Shown: piece by piece, positions 59,123 through 64,000 of the stretch | Layout: the number at the start of each line of letters is the position of its first letter | Numbering within the stretch: position 1 is the first letter of the stretch | Made by a program: the position numbers and the translations under genes | Source: Candidatus Latescibacterota bacterium | GTDB taxonomy: Bacteria > Latescibacterota > UBA2968 | NCBI GenBank assembly: GCA_965204745.1 | Contig: OZ242010.1 | Span: forward strand, 3,392,001 to 3,456,000 | Length of the DNA: 64,000 nucleotides | Reading direction: 5' to 3' | Notes under the pieces: generated by a model | Told to the model about the DNA's origin: nothing | The model's database searches: none | What the model saw: the letters and a program-made list of their open reading frames with translations, nothing else

Positions 59123-59839
59123 ATGTTCGGAGAAATCAAAAATCAAAGCGGTGAAAGACTGGATTACGCGTTTCACCAGGGGAATGCCGCGAGCAAACGC
59201 ATCGTGGTTTTGGGGCATGGGGTGACGGGCAACAAGGACAGGCCACTCGTGACAGCATTGGCACACGCGCTGGCGGCTGAGGGGATCCATGCCCTGCGGT
59301 TTTCTTACGCTGGCAACGGGGATTCGGAAGGGCGGTTTGAGGACGCGACCATTTCCAAGGAAGTGGCTGATTTAGGCGCAGTGCTGGACGTGCTGGATGG
59401 GTACGCGGTGTGTTATGCCGGGCATAGCATGGGCGGCGCGGTGGGGGTGTTGCGGGCGAGTGTGGATGCGCGCATCCGAGGGTTGATTTCGCTGGCGGGC
59501 ATGGTGGATACACGGGGCTTTGCACAGCGCGAGTTCGGGGATGTGACGCCCGGTGCGGGCAATATGTGGGATGACCCCGCGTGTCCGTTGTCCCAAGCGT
59601 ATCTGGATGATTTGACGGCGATAGGCACAGTGATGGATCGCGCAGCGCGGATTTCCGTGCCGTGGCTGCTGGTGCATGGCACAGAGGACGACGTGGTGCC
59701 GCTCGGGGATTCCCAAGGCATTTTTGAGCAGGCCAACGAGCCGAAGAAACTGGTGGTGCTACAAGGGGCGGATCACGTCTTCAGCGGAGACGCGACCCAA
59801 GCCGCGAGTCGGGCCGTTCTCGCATGGTTGAAAGCGTAG
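59123..59839 (+). CDS. Alpha/beta hydrolase
   Basis: HG, GHSMG nucleophile elbow, HGTEDDVV, GADH. Confidence 0.92.
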   Translation: MFGEIKNQSGERLDYAFHQGNAASKRIVVLGHGVTGNKDRPLVTALAHALAAEGIHALRFSYAGNGDSEGRFEDATISKEVADLGAVLDVLDGYAVCYAGHSMGGAVGVLRASVDARIRGLISLAGMVDTRGFAQREFGDVTPGAGNMWDDPACPLSQAYLDDLTAIGTVMDRAARISVPWLLVHGTEDDVVPLGDSQGIFEQANEPKKLVVLQGADHVFSGDATQAASRAVLAWLKA

Positions 59840-59850
59840 GGAGGGCGTAG

Positions 59851-61032
59851 ATGCCGATCATTGGAACGCCGCTTTCGCCAACGGCGACCACAGTGCTGAT
59901 GTGTGGCGCGGGCGAATTGGGCAAGGAGGTGGTGATCGAACTTCAGCGGTATGGCGTTGAGGTGATCGCCGTGGACCGCTATGCCCATGCGCCGGCCATG
60001 CAGGTGGCGCATCGGTCGCATGTGATCGACATGTTGGATGGCGACGCGCTGCGCGAGGTGATCGAAAGCGAACGCCCGGATGTGATCGTGCCCGAAATTG
60101 AGGCCATTGCCACGGATACCCTCGCCGCATTGGAGGCCGAGGGATTTACCGTGATTCCAACAGCGCGGGCCGCGCGATTGACGATGAACCGAGCGGGCAT
60201 CCGCAGGTTGGCTGCCGAGGAATTGGGGCTGAAGACGTCGCCGTATCGGTTTGCGTCCCATGTGGATGAATACCGCGTAGCTGTCGAGGCCATTGGGGTG
60301 CCGTGCGTGGTCAAGCCGATGATGAGTTCGTCCGGCAAGGGGCAAAGCACGGTGCGGGATGTGGTCGATTCAGAGCGGGCGTGGGCAGAGGCGCGGGAAG
60401 ACGCGCGCGGCGGATCAGATGCGGTGATCGTGGAGGGCTTTGTGGATTTTGACGATGAGATTACCCTGCTGACCCTGCGCCACGCCGAGGGCACGAGTTT
60501 TTGCGCGCCTATTGGGCATCGGCAGGTGGATGGGGATTATCGCGAGTCATGGCAGCCGCACCCCATGCGCGCATCCGTGCTCGCAGAGGCACAGCGGATG
60601 GGCGAGGCGATGACCAACGCGCTGGGTGGGCGCGGCATTTTTGGGGTAGAGTTGTTTGTCAAGGGCGATGATGTTTATTTTTGCGAGGTGTCGCCGCGGC
60701 CTCACGATACGGGCATGGTGACGATGATTTCGCAAGACCTGTCGGAATTTGCCCTGCACGCCCGCGCGATTTTGGGCTTGCCCGTTCCCAATATCGAGTT
60801 CCACGGCCCGGCGGCTTCGCATGTGATTTTGGCAAAGGGGCATTCGCAACAGGTGCAATACGGCAATTTAGATGCGGCACTGTCGGCCCCGGATACGCAG
60901 ATGCGGTTGTTCGGCAAGCCCGAGGTGCAAGGCGAGCGGCGCATGGGCGTTGTGCTCGCGCGCGGTGCATCGCTCGCAGAGGCGCGGCAAAAGGCAAAGG
61001 ATGGCGCGGCGGCGGTGGCGATTGCCCTTTGA
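59851..61032 (+). CDS. purT: Formate-dependent phosphoribosylglycinamide formyltransferase
   Basis: [33 protein letters not shown]. Confidence 0.97.
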   Translation: MPIIGTPLSPTATTVLMCGAGELGKEVVIELQRYGVEVIAVDRYAHAPAMQVAHRSHVIDMLDGDALREVIESERPDVIVPEIEAIATDTLAALEAEGFTVIPTARAARLTMNRAGIRRLAAEELGLKTSPYRFASHVDEYRVAVEAIGVPCVVKPMMSSSGKGQSTVRDVVDSERAWAEAREDARGGSDAVIVEGFVDFDDEITLLTLRHAEGTSFCAPIGHRQVDGDYRESWQPHPMRASVLAEAQRMGEAMTNALGGRGIFGVELFVKGDDVYFCEVSPRPHDTGMVTMISQDLSEFALHARAILGLPVPNIEFHGPAASHVILAKGHSQQVQYGNLDAALSAPDTQMRLFGKPEVQGERRMGVVLARGASLAEARQKAKDGAAAVAIAL

Positions 61033-61055
61033 AAAACCAATTTTGATTCCCAATG

Positions 61056-61095
61056 AAAAACCTGCCGGGCCTATTGCTCGGCAGGTTTTTGTTTT
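61056..61095. terminator. Bidirectional intrinsic terminator
   Basis: AAAAACCTGCCGGGC-CTATT-GCTCGGCAGGTTTTT. Confidence 0.8.
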
Positions 61096-61127
61096 GCATC
61101 CCGTGAAAGTCGCTAAGGTGGCCTTGG

Positions 61128-63424
61128 CTATCTGCTGACCGAAAACTCCGCTTCCCATGCGATGCTTCCATCATTTGCCGGTTGCCCAGTGCGGATACCG
61201 GCAATCGCGTAGTCCGGAAGCGGGATAGTCGCCATGCACTTGCCATCGAATTTCACTGCTCTGCGTGCAAATCTGAAAGAAGTCTCGTCGAATCCTTTGT
61301 CGCGGGTAGGGCCGATAAGGTCATTTACATCTTCCGGGATGAGATGCAGAAAGACGCGCTTTCCGCTGGTCAATCTGCACGGGTCTTTGACGTAGATCAA
61401 CTCGTTCTCGTGGAGATACACATCGAAGTCCGTGCGGATGATCGGATCGTTGGAAGCGATGGCGTCGTAGTCTGCCCGAAAGTCTTTGTTGACAACGCGA
61501 ACGCTACCTTCTGCGCCAAACATCATTTCGATTTCCCAAGCGCCTTCATCCCTAAACCGTTGTCCGGTTCTGATGCCAGCGAGATCATAGCTTGGCAACT
61601 CCCATGCCACACCGCAGGCATGCCCGATTTTGTGGAAGCTATAGATGATCGAAGCGGAGCCACCCCACCTCCTGTGGGGAGGAAGATCAGCGCGGTTGGC
61701 TGGAATCGGATTGATATACAATGGAGATTTCCTGTCATCTGCGTTGCACTGTTCTTTGACATAGATGAGATGGTTCTGCCAGCGGTACACGTCAAAGCTG
61801 GCGCGGGCGAGGAGGTCGGTCGCCTTTTCTTTCGGTTGAATAGTGCCGCGCAACAGCCATCGCAACGCGCTCGGAAGATTCCAAGCCATGCTTTCCTTCT
61901 GTACGCCAAACCACATGTTCAGGGTTGTCTGCTTGCTTTGCGCGTAATCCCAAAAGCCGTCATTCCTCGTTGCCCGCGACAACTCGACAAACGCGGTGAT
62001 AGAGCCAATGCTGAGCGCGATAGCCAACCCTACAATGGCGAGATGGCGGCGTTCGGGGGCGGATGGCGTGCGATGGCGTGCCAAAACGTCGGCACACCAA
62101 TAGCAGAGCAGAAACAGCGACGGGAGCGATGCCCGCATAACCAAGACATTCCAGTAGCTGTAGTGAAGCCAGGGCAAGAAAAGCAGGGTACCGATACTCA
62201 CGACAAAGAACGGCTCGCGGCGCAGACCGGGGCACAATAGATAGAGCAAACCAGCGATCAGAAGAAACTCGGTCAGGTAGAACAGCGCGCTCCATTGCAG
62301 TATCACAGACCAGTCGCGCCCTTCCATTGACCAACCGTGCGTAAAATCCATCGATCCGCTGGTCAGATACAGTACCACCAGTCCGGCCAGCGGCCAAGAT
62401 AGGATCAGGTTTTGCCAGCGCAGGAAGGGCCGGATGCCGTTACAAAAAAACAGAACCGCAAGCAGGGGCAACAAACCAAGAGCGACAAAGGTCGACCAAA
62501 ATGGCGCTGTTGCCAGCAGAATGCCGCTTACAGCCAAGAAGCGCGGGTGTCGGCACAGGTCGAGCAACAACAGTGCGTAGAGAGAGGCAGGCAGAAAATG
62601 GTGTGGCGCCCACATCAAAGCTGTCATATTGGATGAATATTGCGTCTTGATGCCCCAGTAGTACCATTCAAGGTGATCTCTTCCCACATCAATGCCGGCC
62701 AACCTTGGTAGTCGACGCGCAAGTCGATCCATGTCCACCCTTCAACTAGAATTACGCGCAGAACATCCATGCCGGAGAAACAAATGACAACCGCCGCCGC
62801 CAAGAAAATTCTCCAGCCTCGATGCCGCCGGGTGAACAGCAACAGGATGAGCGCGACACCGATCCAGGTCCACAGCGGCACCGCCCAATTCAACGCCGCA
62901 GGTCCAAACATAAGCGCGACGAGCCCAGGCACTATAAAATAGCCGAGATAGTAGCGTAGCAGAGGTTCGGTTTGATCGGGCAGGTGGGGAACGAGAGGAT
63001 GCGGAAGGTACGTGGGCCATGGGTAGCGGCTCAGATCGAGTAGCTTCGATCTGTGAACCCACCAATCCGCGTTGTAGTGATCGAGTAGGCCACCCGCAGC
63101 GGTCGTCATCACCCAGCCCAACGCCACCAACAGAAGCGCGACAGTCGCAGGGCGCAGCCGCAACCGCCAAGAACCCGACAGAGCCTGCCAAAACGCGAGC
63201 ATGAGCAACACCGTTGCCGGGCAGCCGAACCACCATTCAAACCAGCCCACCAGCCATACGACCATCGGCAACATCAGATAAACGATAGCCAAGCGGTGTA
63301 GCAACGGCAGGTCGTCTCCTGCGTCTCCCGGTTTGATCCATGTATTCAAATAGGCGAAGACAGGTCTGCATCGTTTTGTCATGCGGTTACTTCTCATCAA
63401 TCGAAAATCCACCCTTTTTCGCAT
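61128..63424 (-). pseudogene. Frameshifted multi-pass membrane protein with two C-terminal FDVY...LPDY..IRTGQ domains
   Basis: ORFs 62624..63493 and 61128..62738 join into one plausible protein at YQGWP/GIDVG (~62697); start uncertain. Confidence 0.65.
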
Positions 63425-63437
63425 GGTCAATTTGCCA

Positions 63438-64000
63438 TCAACGCACGGTCGGATCGGCGAACAAATTGAGCCTTGCAAGAGAGGCGTGCCCACTCCATAA
63501 GCTATGACCGTATCGTAGCCGTTGGCGGGTAAAGATCCCGGCGATGGCGTAGTCGGGAAGCGGAACCGTCGCTACGCACTTCCCGTCGGATAGCACGCCG
63601 TGCTGATCAAAGGAGAAACCTCTGCGCCTATACTCGTCGGGCAGTATGTCGGCCGGAATGATACTCAAAAGGAATCGCCCCTGCGTATCCGCAGGTTTGC
63701 ATGGTTGCCTGACATAAGTCAGCGCGTGTTCGTCGAGATAGACCTTGAACTTGGAGTCGATAATCAACTGCCCTTCGCGTTTATCGACTATTAGATCGGC
63801 GACCTGACTGAGATTTTGAATGAGATGGAGATTGGCACGCGGCTCGGCAATGACATGCTCGACTCGAATCCCATCGTTAAATTCTTCAAGTTTTTTCATG
63901 TCCAGGAGGCCACTGTGAAGCCGGACAAACCATACTCTATCCGTGCGAGAAGATCGAGCTACGCGGAACACATCTGTCGTACACGATTCGAGCGTTGAAG
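63438..64000 (-). CDS. Partial protein with the same FKVY...LPDYAIAG domain (runs off the window)
   Basis: Frame open to the edge; LTYVRQPC...GKCVATVPLPDYAIAGI matches the neighbour's domain. Confidence 0.7.
   Translation of the reverse strand, partial: STLESCTTDVFRVARSSRTDRVWFVRLHSGLLDMKKLEEFNDGIRVEHVIAEPRANLHLIQNLSQVADLIVDKREGQLIIDSKFKVYLDEHALTYVRQPCKPADTQGRFLLSIIPADILPDEYRRRGFSFDQHGVLSDGKCVATVPLPDYAIAGIFTRQRLRYGHSLWSGHASLARLNLFADPTVR

Overview
Bacterial chromosomal window with mostly GC-rich housekeeping genes and many intergenic REP-like, MITE and heptamer repeats; the repeat load and gene set suggest an uncultured lineage (inference only). Positions ~6.9-27.6 kb form a defence island, mostly on the minus strand, built on a type I R-M scaffold (hsdR, hsdM, one full and one half-size hsdS, plus hsdS end stubs). 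Its cargo is a C5-MTase with an HgiDII-like GHKL restriction enzyme, a stand-alone TIR protein, DarTG, a DUF2971-like protein, an AlbA_2/Schlafen ATP-binding protein with a deleted second copy, and a ubiquitin-like conjugation operon. That operon is the strongest candidate for an unusual system: two paralogous Ubls ending in TPVA with no C-terminal Gly, a cysteine-free E2-like protein and a JAB-E1 fusion. The rest is housekeeping (mdh, rpmA/rplU, RNase E/G, moeA, tRNA-Asp, mfd, PPIases, argF, nucleotide-sugar enzymes, SLT, rdgB, purT). It also holds an AbiE toxin-antitoxin pair, a degenerate FtsEX-EnvC module, a tandem array of small QEGR-repeat ORFs, IS5-derived MITEs and an IS110 relic. All family assignments come from reading motifs by eye; no database searches were run.
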